A stretch of DNA of 64,000 nucleotides from Promethearchaeota archaeon (GCA_048941015.1 JBHLNZ010000002.1:8617-72616), one strand, 5' to 3'; shown: positions 39,583-49,563, counted from the stretch's first letter. Notes: generated by a model from the letters alone, not told the origin. Program-made: numbers and translations.

Positions 39583-40515
39583 ATGACATACTGTGAGCAT
39601 TGTGGGGTAGAAATTGGATATTTACCATTTAAATGTAAATATTGTGGAGGTACATTTTGCAAAAAGCATAGACTTCCCGAAAATCATCAATGTACCTTTG
39701 AATTAAAACACACTCCTGTTGTCCCTTCATCAAGTCGAGAATATTCAGCTAGAACGATTATAGAACCTGTTTCCCAAAAATATTTATCCAAAGGTCCTCG
39801 TGAATTAAAAAAGTATTTAAAAAGACAGGAAAAGCAAAGAAGATACACAATAAGGAGTTATTCAGGAAGAAAGGCAGGAGCAATACGTAATAAGGGAACA
39901 AAAATATTAGTTGGTTTGATTATCATCTTCTCAATTATGGGTCTAATTTTTGAAGGTTTTGGTGTCCCTCAATATATATTTTTAAGTTTAAGTGGGCTAA
40001 TTATTAATTTTACTTTCCACACTATAATTACATCCTTATTTATTGCACAAACAAGTATTTTTTGGATTTTCTTTCTTTTAATTATGATTTATTTTTTGTA
40101 TATAATTGCTAGAAACATTGAATTAACATATGGTACTTCCTTTCTAATCAAGTTATACTTAATTTGTACATTATTATCAGCTTTGTTTTATATATTATTA
40201 AGATTAGCTTTAATTCCTTTCAATTATCCTTTAACCTTTCGATATGATTATGTTGGATTAGCATGGGGGGGTATTTTAGGGTTAATTTCATATTCGATAT
40301 TTCCAGCAATGAATAGAGAAATTACTGCGCTAATGTATTTTTTTCCAATTAGATTGAAAGGAAAAACATTTCTATATATTATTATATTAATTAGACTTAT
40401 ACCAGGTTTATTGTTTGCATTATTTGCTCCATTTTATTTATGGATGTATTTACCGGATTTAGGAGGGATTCTGGGGGCATATATCGTCTTTAAATATCAA
40501 AAAGCAAGCCGTTAA
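39583..40515 (+). CDS. AN1 zinc finger fused to rhomboid-like polytopic membrane domain, apparently lacking catalytic Ser/His
   Basis: Exact AN1 spacing C-x2-C-x10-C-x2-C-x4-C-x2-H-x5-H-x-C. Rhomboid-like [28 protein letters not shown] stands where GxSG is expected. Confidence 0.55.
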   Translation: MTYCEHCGVEIGYLPFKCKYCGGTFCKKHRLPENHQCTFELKHTPVVPSSSREYSARTIIEPVSQKYLSKGPRELKKYLKRQEKQRRYTIRSYSGRKAGAIRNKGTKILVGLIIIFSIMGLIFEGFGVPQYIFLSLSGLIINFTFHTIITSLFIAQTSIFWIFFLLIMIYFLYIIARNIELTYGTSFLIKLYLICTLLSALFYILLRLALIPFNYPLTFRYDYVGLAWGGILGLISYSIFPAMNREITALMYFFPIRLKGKTFLYIIILIRLIPGLLFALFAPFYLWMYLPDLGGILGAYIVFKYQKASR

Positions 40516-40607
40516 TTAAATCTCGTTCGAATATTTCCATAAAAAATATGAAGTAAAAATCCTTTACTTTTTTAGATTAACAAATATTAAATATTAGGAT
40601 AATTGAC

Positions 40608-41264
40608 ATGTCTGAAAAAGAAGTCTTAAAAATTATTGAGTTAAACGAGGATTTAATAGAGAATAATGAAATACTAGCAAAAAAAAATAAAGAAATTTTT
40701 ACGAAAAATAAGATTAATTCATTTGATATAGTTGGCGCTATAGGAGCTGGAAAAACAGCGCTTATTGAAGCTATTGTAAAACAGAAATCTAAAGAGAAAA
40801 AAATCCTCGTCATAAATGGTGATGTTGCTACAAGAATCGATGCGGATAGAATTGAAAAACATGGAGTAAAAACAATTCAAATTAATACTGGAAGAGAGTG
40901 TGCATTAAATTCATATCATATTTCCCAAGTTTTAAAAAATTTTGATATAAGCAGATATGATACCGTATTTATAGAAAATGTCGGCAATTTGATCTGTCCA
41001 TCAGATTTTATTTTAGGTACAGATAAGCGTGTTGTAGTTGTTTCAATAACAGAAGGTCCATGGGTTATTCGAAAACACCCGATGTTATTTAAATATTCAG
41101 ACATAGCAGTAATTAATAAAATAGATTTAAGTGATGTAATGGAAGTTGATATTAAAGAAATGATAAATGATGCTAAGGAAATTAATCCAAATCTCAAAAT
41201 AATTACAACAAGCACAGTAACTGGAGAAAATGTCGATAAATTAATAGAACTATTATTTTCCTAA
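40608..41264 (+). CDS. hypB: hydrogenase nickel-incorporation GTPase HypB
   Basis: P-loop GAIGAGKTAL, ENVGNLICP and NKIDL motifs. Confidence 0.88.
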   Translation: MSEKEVLKIIELNEDLIENNEILAKKNKEIFTKNKINSFDIVGAIGAGKTALIEAIVKQKSKEKKILVINGDVATRIDADRIEKHGVKTIQINTGRECALNSYHISQVLKNFDISRYDTVFIENVGNLICPSDFILGTDKRVVVVSITEGPWVIRKHPMLFKYSDIAVINKIDLSDVMEVDIKEMINDAKEINPNLKIITTSTVTGENVDKLIELLFS

Positions 41265-41349
41265 TAAAAAAGTAAAATTGATATAATCAAGACAGATTAT
41301 GAATTAAAAGAATCATAATTTAAATTAAAAATAAAATCTCTGATAAAAG

Positions 41350-41778
41350 ATGAGCTTAAGACAATATAATACTGAATTAGGACTACTTATTGATAAAATA
41401 GTAAAAGTATATTTAGATCAAGATAAATTCTTTGTAGGTCAATTAAAAGGAGTTTCAGAAGATTCTAACCTTATTATTGTAAATGCGAAGAATGAAAAAA
41501 ATAAAGTATTTCCGAAGATTTTGATAAGGTCTTCTTATTATAATTACGTAACTGTTGAAGAGGAACCATTTCCTATGAAAGCTTTAGCAGATAGAATTGC
41601 AACAATCTTTTCAAAAGGCCATGTAAACTACATTGAGGACCAAAATATTATTTCTATTTTAAATGGTAAAATTATTGTTGATGAAGAAGGAGTAAGAGGA
41701 TCTGGTCCATCTGCTGATAGGGTTAAAAAAATATTCGAACAATTTAGAATGGATTTAGAAAATCCATCAGAAGAATAA
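41350..41778 (+). CDS. Sm-like (LSm) domain protein with C-terminal extension
   Basis: IVKVYLDQDKFFVGQLKGVSEDSNLIIVNA...KILIRSSYYNYVTV follows the Sm1/Sm2 pattern. Confidence 0.45.
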   Translation: MSLRQYNTELGLLIDKIVKVYLDQDKFFVGQLKGVSEDSNLIIVNAKNEKNKVFPKILIRSSYYNYVTVEEEPFPMKALADRIATIFSKGHVNYIEDQNIISILNGKIIVDEEGVRGSGPSADRVKKIFEQFRMDLENPSEE

Positions 41779-41793
41779 TTTTTTTTATTAATT

Positions 41794-42312
41794 CTATTTT
41801 TCTTTAAAAATATCTAATAAGTTCTTCAATGTTAAATCATCTATTACATTTTTTAAAACGGCCTTTCCTATTGGTGTGACTTTAATCAATCCTAAATCTT
41901 TCAATTCACGTAAATAGTCCTTTTGAATTAGGAAATTGATATCAGAAGCCCATACTTCAGAAAAAATTTCTTTTAAGTCACTAATTTTTATGTTTTCATC
42001 AATTTCTTTACTTAAAGCTACTATTAAAGCTAAAGTACCATATTGCGAAGGTGTAATGTCATCATCTTTTCCATTAGTGGCTAATACATAGAATTTTTGA
42101 TCTAAAAATTTCGAGGTGACAATTTCAAATCCAATCTTTTTCAAATTCAAGTAAATACTATTAATAATATCTTCGAAGTTAAAATTCTTGGATAAATTTC
42201 TTAGATCTTCTTCTCTTATCATTTTTTGGGGACTTGTTAATATCAATCTTGTTATTTGCTCAACAGTTTCTTCAAAATTAGTATTTTCCATATTTAGCTC
42301 ATTCATTCTCAT
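41794..42312 (-). CDS. operon gene 8: ScpB/MukE-like tandem winged-helix protein (tentative)
   Basis: 172 aa. The two WH-like halves are VEQITRLILTSPQKMIREEDL...GFEIV...KFYVLAT and SQYGTLALIVALSKE...ISDLKEIF...LRELKDLGLIKV. Overlaps gene 7 by 14 nt. Confidence 0.4.
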   Translation of the reverse strand: MRMNELNMENTNFEETVEQITRLILTSPQKMIREEDLRNLSKNFNFEDIINSIYLNLKKIGFEIVTSKFLDQKFYVLATNGKDDDITPSQYGTLALIVALSKEIDENIKISDLKEIFSEVWASDINFLIQKDYLRELKDLGLIKVTPIGKAVLKNVIDDLTLKNLLDIFKEK

Positions 42313-43894
42313 TAATTTTTATTATTTTTAAATTCTTAATTTTATCTTTTAGTTCAATATTAGATAAAATAAAGATTAGATTAAATTGAGTTAGATTATT
42401 TTTAACCTCAAATTGTGGTAATATTTTTTTCATTGTTCTTATTAGAGAGCCTCTTTTATTATAAATAGGGGGAAGAAATAAATTAGAGAATAAAATGTTT
42501 TCACTTCTAATTAATACTTTTATAGAAACATATAAAGTTATAACAAAAAATATTTTTTCTGGAGTTGTTAATTGTTCGAAGTAAATTTGTTCCTTATTAT
42601 TTCTTATAAAAGTCAATAAAATGAAGAAATTCTGTGAATTTTCTTCAATGGTTATCTCAAGATTGACTGATAAATTTATTTCATTTAAAAAGGTTTTCAA
42701 TAAAACTTCTAAATCTTGAATAAGAATTTCAATTTTTCTAAAACTTTCAAGTGAGGTTTTTGTGTTATTTTCATTAAAGCTAATTTTTGTTTTACTTAAT
42801 TCGTTAATTTTCTTTTCTATCTTTTTTAATTCACTTTTTATTGATGATAAATCAAATAGGCATTCAGGATTATACAACTTACTTAACTTTTCAATCTTTT
42901 TTAACTCAATTTCTAATTCTTCAATTTCTTGCACGATAATAGTTGGATTTCTCACTGTTCTTGCTTTCATATCGCTTAAGTCATTCATAATTTTAGCCTC
43001 GGAAGAATTCATTTCTTTTATAACTTCCTGCTGTAAAATTTTCATTTTTTTTTCATCATTTCGTATTGTTTCTAAGATTTTTTGGTAATCCGATTCATAA
43101 GTTAAAAATTGGGGTTCAATTTTCTGATATTTTTCTTTAGAGTTATCCAATTTTGTTTTAGTTTGATTAATCTGAGATTGAACTTCCTTTGCCTGTATTT
43201 GGAGATTTCTTATTCTTTGAGAATAAGACGTGGCTGAGTTTTTACCTGTTTCACTAGATGAGTCAATTTCCATATCACGAGTAATTTTATTAATTTGACT
43301 AAAAAGATTTTTTCTTTTCGTAATTAAATTCTGGATCTGTTGATTATATTCATCAATTACTTTTTTTACTTGATCAAATTGATTACTTATCTTTATAAAA
43401 TCTTGTTCCAAGTATTTTGACTTATTTTTATTAAGCTTTATCGAATCATCTAATTTCTTTAATAAATCTTTTGTTGCTGCTAAATCACTTAACTTTTGAT
43501 ACTTTCTCGAAAGTTCTAATTCCTCTAGCAAAATTTTCTTTGTTTTACTGAGTGTATTGATTTTAAAAATTAAAATTAATTCTTGGACAATTTGATGATA
43601 TTGACTTATTATTTCGAGATTTTTCATACTTGTATTATTAAATTTTTTTAAAAAAGAAAGTAAATTTAAAGAGAGATGAATTTTTTCAAATTGTTCAGGA
43701 AGACTTTGTAATAAATGAATAAAGTCTTCTAAAGGAATTAATTCTATTTTATTTAGAATTTTTAAATATTGTTCATCAAAATCCTCGAGCAATTGATCTT
43801 TTTTGAATTTACCAAGAATTAAAGTATATTTATCTCTAATTTCTATTTCCTTTGATCCAATAGAAAGTATATTTTCATGAAGTTTAATTTTTAT
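42299..43894 (-). CDS. operon gene 7: SMC/Rad50-like coiled-coil protein with degenerate ATPase motifs (start non-canonical; see findings)
   Basis: The ORF is open in frame up to the gene-6 stop. The extension encodes (E)IKIKLHENILSIGSKEIEIRDKYTLILGKFKKDQ, an SMC/Rad50 N-terminal head pattern with a degenerate P-loop. About 350 aa of heptad-rich sequence follow. C-terminal LTTPEKIFFVITLYVS...LFSNLFLPP occupies the LSGGE / Walker B positions. Confidence 0.5.
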   Translation of the reverse strand: MKIKLHENILSIGSKEIEIRDKYTLILGKFKKDQLLEDFDEQYLKILNKIELIPLEDFIHLLQSLPEQFEKIHLSLNLLSFLKKFNNTSMKNLEIISQYHQIVQELILIFKINTLSKTKKILLEELELSRKYQKLSDLAATKDLLKKLDDSIKLNKNKSKYLEQDFIKISNQFDQVKKVIDEYNQQIQNLITKRKNLFSQINKITRDMEIDSSSETGKNSATSYSQRIRNLQIQAKEVQSQINQTKTKLDNSKEKYQKIEPQFLTYESDYQKILETIRNDEKKMKILQQEVIKEMNSSEAKIMNDLSDMKARTVRNPTIIVQEIEELEIELKKIEKLSKLYNPECLFDLSSIKSELKKIEKKINELSKTKISFNENNTKTSLESFRKIEILIQDLEVLLKTFLNEINLSVNLEITIEENSQNFFILLTFIRNNKEQIYFEQLTTPEKIFFVITLYVSIKVLIRSENILFSNLFLPPIYNKRGSLIRTMKKILPQFEVKNNLTQFNLIFILSNIELKDKIKNLKIIKINENE

Positions 43895-43909
43895 TTCACT
43901 TCTACTTTG

Positions 43910-44944
43910 TTAATCAATTTTATCAAAATGATTTTTAAATTCTTTATACTCCTTTTCCTTTTTCTTTTTTCTTTTTCTAATTATTTCTAGTGGATCTGAT
44001 TCATTATCTTTCATTATTAGATATTTTTCTTGAAAAGATTCGGTGAATTGTGATTTAAATTTTTCAATTTTTTCTGTAACTTCATCGCTAAGTTTTATAT
44101 CTTCTGATTTTTTTGTGGATTTAGGCTTTTTTAGTGTTTGCCTTTTTCCTTTCCGTAATTTCCTTTCAAATTCTTTGTGGGATAATTTTAAGTAATCTTC
44201 ATATAATCCCTTTCTTTCTTCTTGTTCTTTTTTTAATTTTTCAAATTCTTCCATTTCTTTGATCTTTTTTAGAATTTCCTTCTTATTTTTAATTTCTTCA
44301 TGACTTGCTTGATTTTCAAGACTTTTTAAAAATTTCTCAAAAGTTAATTCGGGATTTCTATAAAATTTCTCTTTAAATTGATCCTTTAGTAAAGGATCGA
44401 TATTATTTGGTAAATTCCTTAATTGGATTTCAAGTTTCTTTTGAAGAATTTTATTATAAAAAGCATTTAGTTTCATAATGATACTAGAAAAAATTGTGTT
44501 TTGTTTTAAAGAATCAAATAATTCAACCCATTTAACTAAATCAATTGCTAAGGTATAAGATGTCTTATCCAATATTTTAGATATTTTTTTATTTTCTATG
44601 AAAAAAAGACCTATTAGGTGAGTATCTCCTTTTTGTAATTTCAAACTTTTTAATTTATCTTTATAGCTCTCCTTATATCTTTTTATTAAACTATTTCTAA
44701 AATCTAAGAAACTCTTAATATTTTCATTAGTAATTTCAGTGAGATTATTATTAATTTTGTTTAAAGTTTTAAACATATTTTCTAATTCAAGTGAATTCTG
44801 AGTATCTGGAAAAGTCAGATTTAATTTTGAGTTCTTTAATTTTTCTGATATTTCGTTTAATTGATTGATTTTTCCTTGAAGATCATCTATAGATGAGGTT
44901 AGTTCTTTAATTTTTTCTAGATTAAATGATTGAGTCTTTTTCAT
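43910..44944 (-). CDS. operon gene 6: coiled-coil protein with Lys/Glu-rich C-terminal half
   Basis: 344-aa ORF with ATG start, 21 nt downstream of the AAA gene. No recognisable family. Confidence 0.6.
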   Translation of the reverse strand: MKKTQSFNLEKIKELTSSIDDLQGKINQLNEISEKLKNSKLNLTFPDTQNSLELENMFKTLNKINNNLTEITNENIKSFLDFRNSLIKRYKESYKDKLKSLKLQKGDTHLIGLFFIENKKISKILDKTSYTLAIDLVKWVELFDSLKQNTIFSSIIMKLNAFYNKILQKKLEIQLRNLPNNIDPLLKDQFKEKFYRNPELTFEKFLKSLENQASHEEIKNKKEILKKIKEMEEFEKLKKEQEERKGLYEDYLKLSHKEFERKLRKGKRQTLKKPKSTKKSEDIKLSDEVTEKIEKFKSQFTESFQEKYLIMKDNESDPLEIIRKRKKKKEKEYKEFKNHFDKID

Positions 44945-44965
44945 TGTTAAATTGTAATAATATTT

Positions 44966-46084
44966 TTATAATTCTCGTGGTCCTGATAAACTTTTTCTAT
45001 TATTAGGCAATGGAATATTTCTTTCAATTCTTTTTCTAGAATCACTTAAAATATCTTGTCTTTCTACGTGAATAGCAGTTCCTCCAACTAATTTCAGTGA
45101 ATTATAAAATAGATCGTAAGTTAAACGCTCAGTATTAATAGCTTTTAAGATTGCGACTCTAGTTCCTCTTTCTATATCTGATCCTGAATATCCGTATGTT
45201 AACTCTAATAGTCCTTCCATTTTAAATTTCTTATTAAATTCGTTCCATAATAAATTATTATCAAATTCAGAGACTTTATGCCCTATTTTCTTTTCTAATG
45301 AACTTCTAATTTCATCAATTTTCTGATGCTCGTTATTTAAGTTATTGAATATTGAATTATCAACTCCAATTTTAGCACTTTTAACTTTATTAAGGAATAC
45401 CTCAATAATTTGTTTTCTTAAATTATAATCAGGAAATTCAAAACTTAAATGAAATGTAAATCTTCTCCAGATTGCTGAATCAAGTTGATGCTGATGGTTA
45501 GTTGCCCCAAAAATAGCCAATGGAACCCCTTCATAATTAATTCTATCAATTACTTGTAGAAAAGAGATGACAGCACGTTTTATTTCTCCTACCTCATGAA
45601 TATTTGATCTTTCAGAACCAATAGCATCAATCTCATCGAAAAATAATATAAAAGAGCCTCTTTCTTTTGCTATTTCTGCTGATAAATCTACAACACGTCT
45701 AATTTGTTTGATTGTATCTCCTAACAATGGCGATACAAGGCGATCAGTTTCTACAACACAGATAGGAATATTATATTTCTTAGCAAAACCTCTTGTTAGT
45801 GAGGTTTTTCCTGTACCTGGTGGACCATATAAAAGAACAGTTAAACTTGGGTTAAGTTTTGCTCCTTTTAATTGTTCCATAAAATCATCATATTTTTTTA
45901 AAGCCGTAAAGAAATCATCAAGAATCTCTTTTTTAACTTCATTACCTAAGATATCATCAACAGTTTCTCTAATTTCATTTGGAAAATAAACAGCTCCAAA
46001 TTTCCCCATCCGGTCTTTTATTACGTCATCTGTATAGGTGGTTTTTACTTCAACTTCTTTTTTTGAATTACTAATTTTTCTCAA
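44966..46084 (-). CDS. operon gene 5: classical-clade AAA ATPase, single AAA domain, no recognisable N-terminal substrate domain
   Basis: Walker A LLYGPPGTGKTS, Walker B ILFFDEIDAIG, second region of homology GATNHQHQLDSAIWRRF, and lid GYSGSDIE. TTG start. Confidence 0.85.
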   Translation of the reverse strand: MRKISNSKKEVEVKTTYTDDVIKDRMGKFGAVYFPNEIRETVDDILGNEVKKEILDDFFTALKKYDDFMEQLKGAKLNPSLTVLLYGPPGTGKTSLTRGFAKKYNIPICVVETDRLVSPLLGDTIKQIRRVVDLSAEIAKERGSFILFFDEIDAIGSERSNIHEVGEIKRAVISFLQVIDRINYEGVPLAIFGATNHQHQLDSAIWRRFTFHLSFEFPDYNLRKQIIEVFLNKVKSAKIGVDNSIFNNLNNEHQKIDEIRSSLEKKIGHKVSEFDNNLLWNEFNKKFKMEGLLELTYGYSGSDIERGTRVAILKAINTERLTYDLFYNSLKLVGGTAIHVERQDILSDSRKRIERNIPLPNNRKSLSGPREL

Positions 46085-46099
46085 CTCTTTTTTAGTGAT

Positions 46100-47407
46100 T
46101 TATTTATTTTTCCTTTCTTTATCAAATTTTTCACAAAATTCTGCTATCTCAATAATAAAATCCTTAAGGTTATCAATTTGTGAACCTATAAAATTAAAAA
46201 TTTCTTTTCTATACTGAGGCGAATCTCTTATTTTCATTTTATTTAATCCTAAATAATTTGGGAAACAAATAAGCTTCATTAAATAAGGGAGGATTTTCTC
46301 GTTTGTTTGTAAATCTTTGAAAATAGAATAAAAAATATTTTCATCAGATAATTTCCACTTTAAAATTCCCATATAAATTAAAAAAGAGAAATTCATTGAA
46401 ATCCAATTGATTAATTCTTTTGATAAAAAACCTCTTCTCTGAGCAGCAAATGCTAAATAATATAAGATCAAAGTTTCATTACTAAATTGAGGTAATAATC
46501 TTATAGTTCCATCTGATTGTTTACTCTCACGTAAAAAGTTGGATTTCAGAAGCAAATCTACGAAATCTTCTTTAGGTGCTAAGAAAATATTGTCAATAAC
46601 TCGTAAACCTATTCTTTCAGAAAGAGACGTAATTGCTTCTTCTTCTGCGTTAGCAATAGAATCAATAAAAGGTGCAAAGACTTCATTTTTTAATATCATG
46701 GGGATTTCATAGTTCTCTTTTTCAGGAAAATCTCCAAAGTTAGGATCTAAATTGAATAAAGATGTAATATTATTTATTACTTGATAAACTTTGGGCGTCA
46801 TTCCGGGAATTTCAAAGAAGTCAGAACTTTCAATTTTTTCTCGGTAATAAGTATGAGGTTGTAAAATATGTCTTTGACATTCGTAAAAATTTGTTGAATA
46901 GCTTAATAATTTTTGATAAACTAAGTTTAGATTTTGTGCTCGTGGAAACAATTTATCTTCAATATATTTAACTAAAATATATAAATATGTGTTCTTTAAA
47001 TCTGTTTCATCAGGATTAGTTATTCTACGTAATATATTTAAAGCTTCGACTGATTCAAAGAGAAAGTCAATAATGTAATCTTTTATATCTATTATTGGGA
47101 TTTCTTCACGATATTTAACAATAAAATCCTTAATAATCTCGTACACGTTAGATCTATACATCGCAGAAAATTCAGATAAAGCTCTAACCTTTCTAATATT
47201 CCTTTTTTCTTCTTCTTGGCGTATTTTATCTAATACTTCAGTGTCAAGGAGAAGATCAGCATCTAAATCACTTATAATTCTTCTTGTTTCTCTAAGTATA
47301 GGTCGCATATGGCTTATAAAAGTAAGATATCTCGGAAGTATATCAGTCCATTTCTCTCTTTTTCTGCTTGGTTTTACTGTTCTCGAAGATTTTTTCTTAT
47401 AACTCAT
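46100..47407 (-). CDS. operon gene 4: hypothetical protein (435 aa)
   Basis: Long ORF with ATG start and a basic N-terminus, 25 nt from gene 3. No recognisable motif. Confidence 0.6.
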   Translation of the reverse strand: MSYKKKSSRTVKPSRKREKWTDILPRYLTFISHMRPILRETRRIISDLDADLLLDTEVLDKIRQEEEKRNIRKVRALSEFSAMYRSNVYEIIKDFIVKYREEIPIIDIKDYIIDFLFESVEALNILRRITNPDETDLKNTYLYILVKYIEDKLFPRAQNLNLVYQKLLSYSTNFYECQRHILQPHTYYREKIESSDFFEIPGMTPKVYQVINNITSLFNLDPNFGDFPEKENYEIPMILKNEVFAPFIDSIANAEEEAITSLSERIGLRVIDNIFLAPKEDFVDLLLKSNFLRESKQSDGTIRLLPQFSNETLILYYLAFAAQRRGFLSKELINWISMNFSFLIYMGILKWKLSDENIFYSIFKDLQTNEKILPYLMKLICFPNYLGLNKMKIRDSPQYRKEIFNFIGSQIDNLKDFIIEIAEFCEKFDKERKNK

Positions 47408-47432
47408 TAAATTATCACCTTTTTAAAACTTA

Positions 47433-48569
47433 TTATTCTTCATAACCAACTAAAACTTCAGCAAAAATATTTGCAATTTCAATAAAAATTGGGATTTCTA
47501 CTCTGCAGAGATTTCCTAGAATCCACTTGTTGACATCTTTTAATAAAAAGCGGATTTGATTATGTATTTTTTTATTAACTTCTGAATCAATTATTTTTGT
47601 TAACCATAATCCCCCTCCTAGTCTATATGCAATTATTTTAATTAATGGTTCAAATAGTGGTTCTAATACTTCTCTCATCATCCAAGATTTAGGGATTATA
47701 CTCATTTTTTGTTGATCGAAACTAGGATCATTAAGAATTGGGTTAGTTTCATCGACTGTAACTTTAGGCATAAAACTAAGTAATAAAATTAATGCAAATA
47801 TTGCTGAAATCCCATTAACCGTATAAGTGCCCCCAATTTTTTCAAGATCATCCCGATTGACTGCGATGTTAGATAGAAACATACAAATAAAGATATTTCT
47901 ATCAAATTCTTCAGAAACATATGCATATCCTAATTGTTCATCAATAATAAGATATTTTTCTTCAAGGATTTTTATAATCTCATCTGGAAATGTATAAAAA
48001 GTATAAATTCTTTTCTCACTTTTTCTTACATCCTTTTCAATAATCAATTCCTTAGAAATAAGACCAAACATGTCTATTAAATCTTCTAATTGTTTTTTTA
48101 CATAATGCTTAGGTTTATTAGGATCGCCAAACATCGCAAAAAATTGATGGTCTACAATATGAAAGTCGTTCCTTTTACTAAATGCCTCAACCATTCTATC
48201 TATTATTGGCCCTTGGCTACCAGAAGCAATAGCTTTAGCTTTCGAGGTGACAAATCCATTTAATAATTCATTTATAATAAAATCTTGTTCATGAGTTCTT
48301 GATTTTAAGATTTGGGTAAAATTTTTTGCAAAGTCTTTAATTGTAGGAAAGAAGGAATTTTGAATTTTATCATCGATCGATTTTACAAAGAGCTCTCCAT
48401 TATTTTTTGGAAAATGAAGTTTTATATTATTTAGCCTTTGTATTAAAGCTTCTTTAGCTCCAGGTATATTATCTATATCTCTATTTTCAATTTGTTCAAT
48501 TGCTTTATTCAATCCAATTTCAAAATCCTTTAATAATTCTTTCCAGGTTTTGTCGCTAACTTCTGTCAT
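47433..48569 (-). CDS. operon gene 3: hypothetical protein (378 aa)
   Basis: Long ORF with ATG start. One hydrophobic segment (GISAIFALILLLSFMP). No recognisable family. Confidence 0.6.
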   Translation of the reverse strand: MTEVSDKTWKELLKDFEIGLNKAIEQIENRDIDNIPGAKEALIQRLNNIKLHFPKNNGELFVKSIDDKIQNSFFPTIKDFAKNFTQILKSRTHEQDFIINELLNGFVTSKAKAIASGSQGPIIDRMVEAFSKRNDFHIVDHQFFAMFGDPNKPKHYVKKQLEDLIDMFGLISKELIIEKDVRKSEKRIYTFYTFPDEIIKILEEKYLIIDEQLGYAYVSEEFDRNIFICMFLSNIAVNRDDLEKIGGTYTVNGISAIFALILLLSFMPKVTVDETNPILNDPSFDQQKMSIIPKSWMMREVLEPLFEPLIKIIAYRLGGGLWLTKIIDSEVNKKIHNQIRFLLKDVNKWILGNLCRVEIPIFIEIANIFAEVLVGYEE

Positions 48570-48609
48570 AAATTCTCAATCTTCTTAGCCTATAATAATT
48601 AATATCCTA

Positions 48610-49563
48610 TCAATTTAATTCTAACTTTACTTTATTTAATGCGTTTATTAACGGTTTTAGAATTTTTTTATCATAGATATTTGGAGAAGATACTCCCTTT
48701 TGGGCTTTCCATCCCATTTGTGTACCCTCACCCATCTCTCTTTGACCATATTTCAGTATTTTACTGAGATCTCGAATCCACCAATAAAACCTTAACCATC
48801 TTTTATTAGGATTATCTTTTGAATATATAACTACGACCGCTTTCCACTCTCCCATTAACCATTTAATTGTAATCCCACTTACAGGCAAGTAATAATTGAT
48901 TGGAAAGTTACTATGAAAACGTAAATCAAGATCTTCGGCAGAGATATTAAATATTGGTTGATTATATCCTTCTAAAATAACTATCTCTCCACAATGAGGA
49001 CACTCATAGTGTGATTTCATCTTATCCATCTTTTTTTGACATTTTGGGCAAGTTTTATTCTCTATTATTCTATATTTAAAAAGATCTATATTTTTTTCTT
49101 TTTCTTGTTCCTCTTTAGTTTTTGCTTGCTGCTTTCCATACTTTCCCTTCCAATTCCAAATTTCATCAAAAGAGATCTCAATTTGTTCCAATGCTCTTAT
49201 TAAATTTTCAAGAACGTGCTTATCATATATTTTAAGCATTCCAGCATGTTGATAACTTTTCCACCAAGAAAGTCTTACATATTTTTCATCTTTTAAGAAG
49301 GGGCTATGGCATATTAAAACAGCTAATAAACGATTTTCTGTTTTGCTTATTGTAATCCCTTTCTCACATACTTCATATTCTTTATTGAGGCTGACGTTAT
49401 TATGAAAATATTCTCCATCTTGAAAATCCCCTTCTTCAACTTCATCCTTTTCTTTTCTTTTTGAAATTTCATCTTTTTCTTTAATAATTTTTCTACATTG
49501 AGGACATTGAAAAATACCTGCTACTAATGGTTCCATATCAATATTACATAAAGGACATTTCAC
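48610..49563 (-). CDS. operon gene 2: internally duplicated zinc-ribbon protein
   Basis: Two copies of [CxxC...CxxC ribbon + module of about 110 aa]. Module 1 has CPLC..CPQC with VRLSWWKS and KIYDKHVLENLIRAL. Module 2 has CPKC..CPHC with LRFYWWIRD and NIYDKKILKPLINAL. Confidence 0.65.
   Translation of the reverse strand: MKCPLCNIDMEPLVAGIFQCPQCRKIIKEKDEISKRKEKDEVEEGDFQDGEYFHNNVSLNKEYEVCEKGITISKTENRLLAVLICHSPFLKDEKYVRLSWWKSYQHAGMLKIYDKHVLENLIRALEQIEISFDEIWNWKGKYGKQQAKTKEEQEKEKNIDLFKYRIIENKTCPKCQKKMDKMKSHYECPHCGEIVILEGYNQPIFNISAEDLDLRFHSNFPINYYLPVSGITIKWLMGEWKAVVVIYSKDNPNKRWLRFYWWIRDLSKILKYGQREMGEGTQMGWKAQKGVSSPNIYDKKILKPLINALNKVKLELN

Noticed and set aside
44966-46084. The AAA ATPase as Vps4, with the operon as an ESCRT cluster.
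   Set aside because: No MIT-like three-helix N-domain is present, since only about 40 residues precede the AAA fold. No neighbouring gene looks like a Snf7/ESCRT-III protein of about 200 aa with a basic N-terminal and acidic C-terminal half. Only membership of the classical AAA clade is supported.
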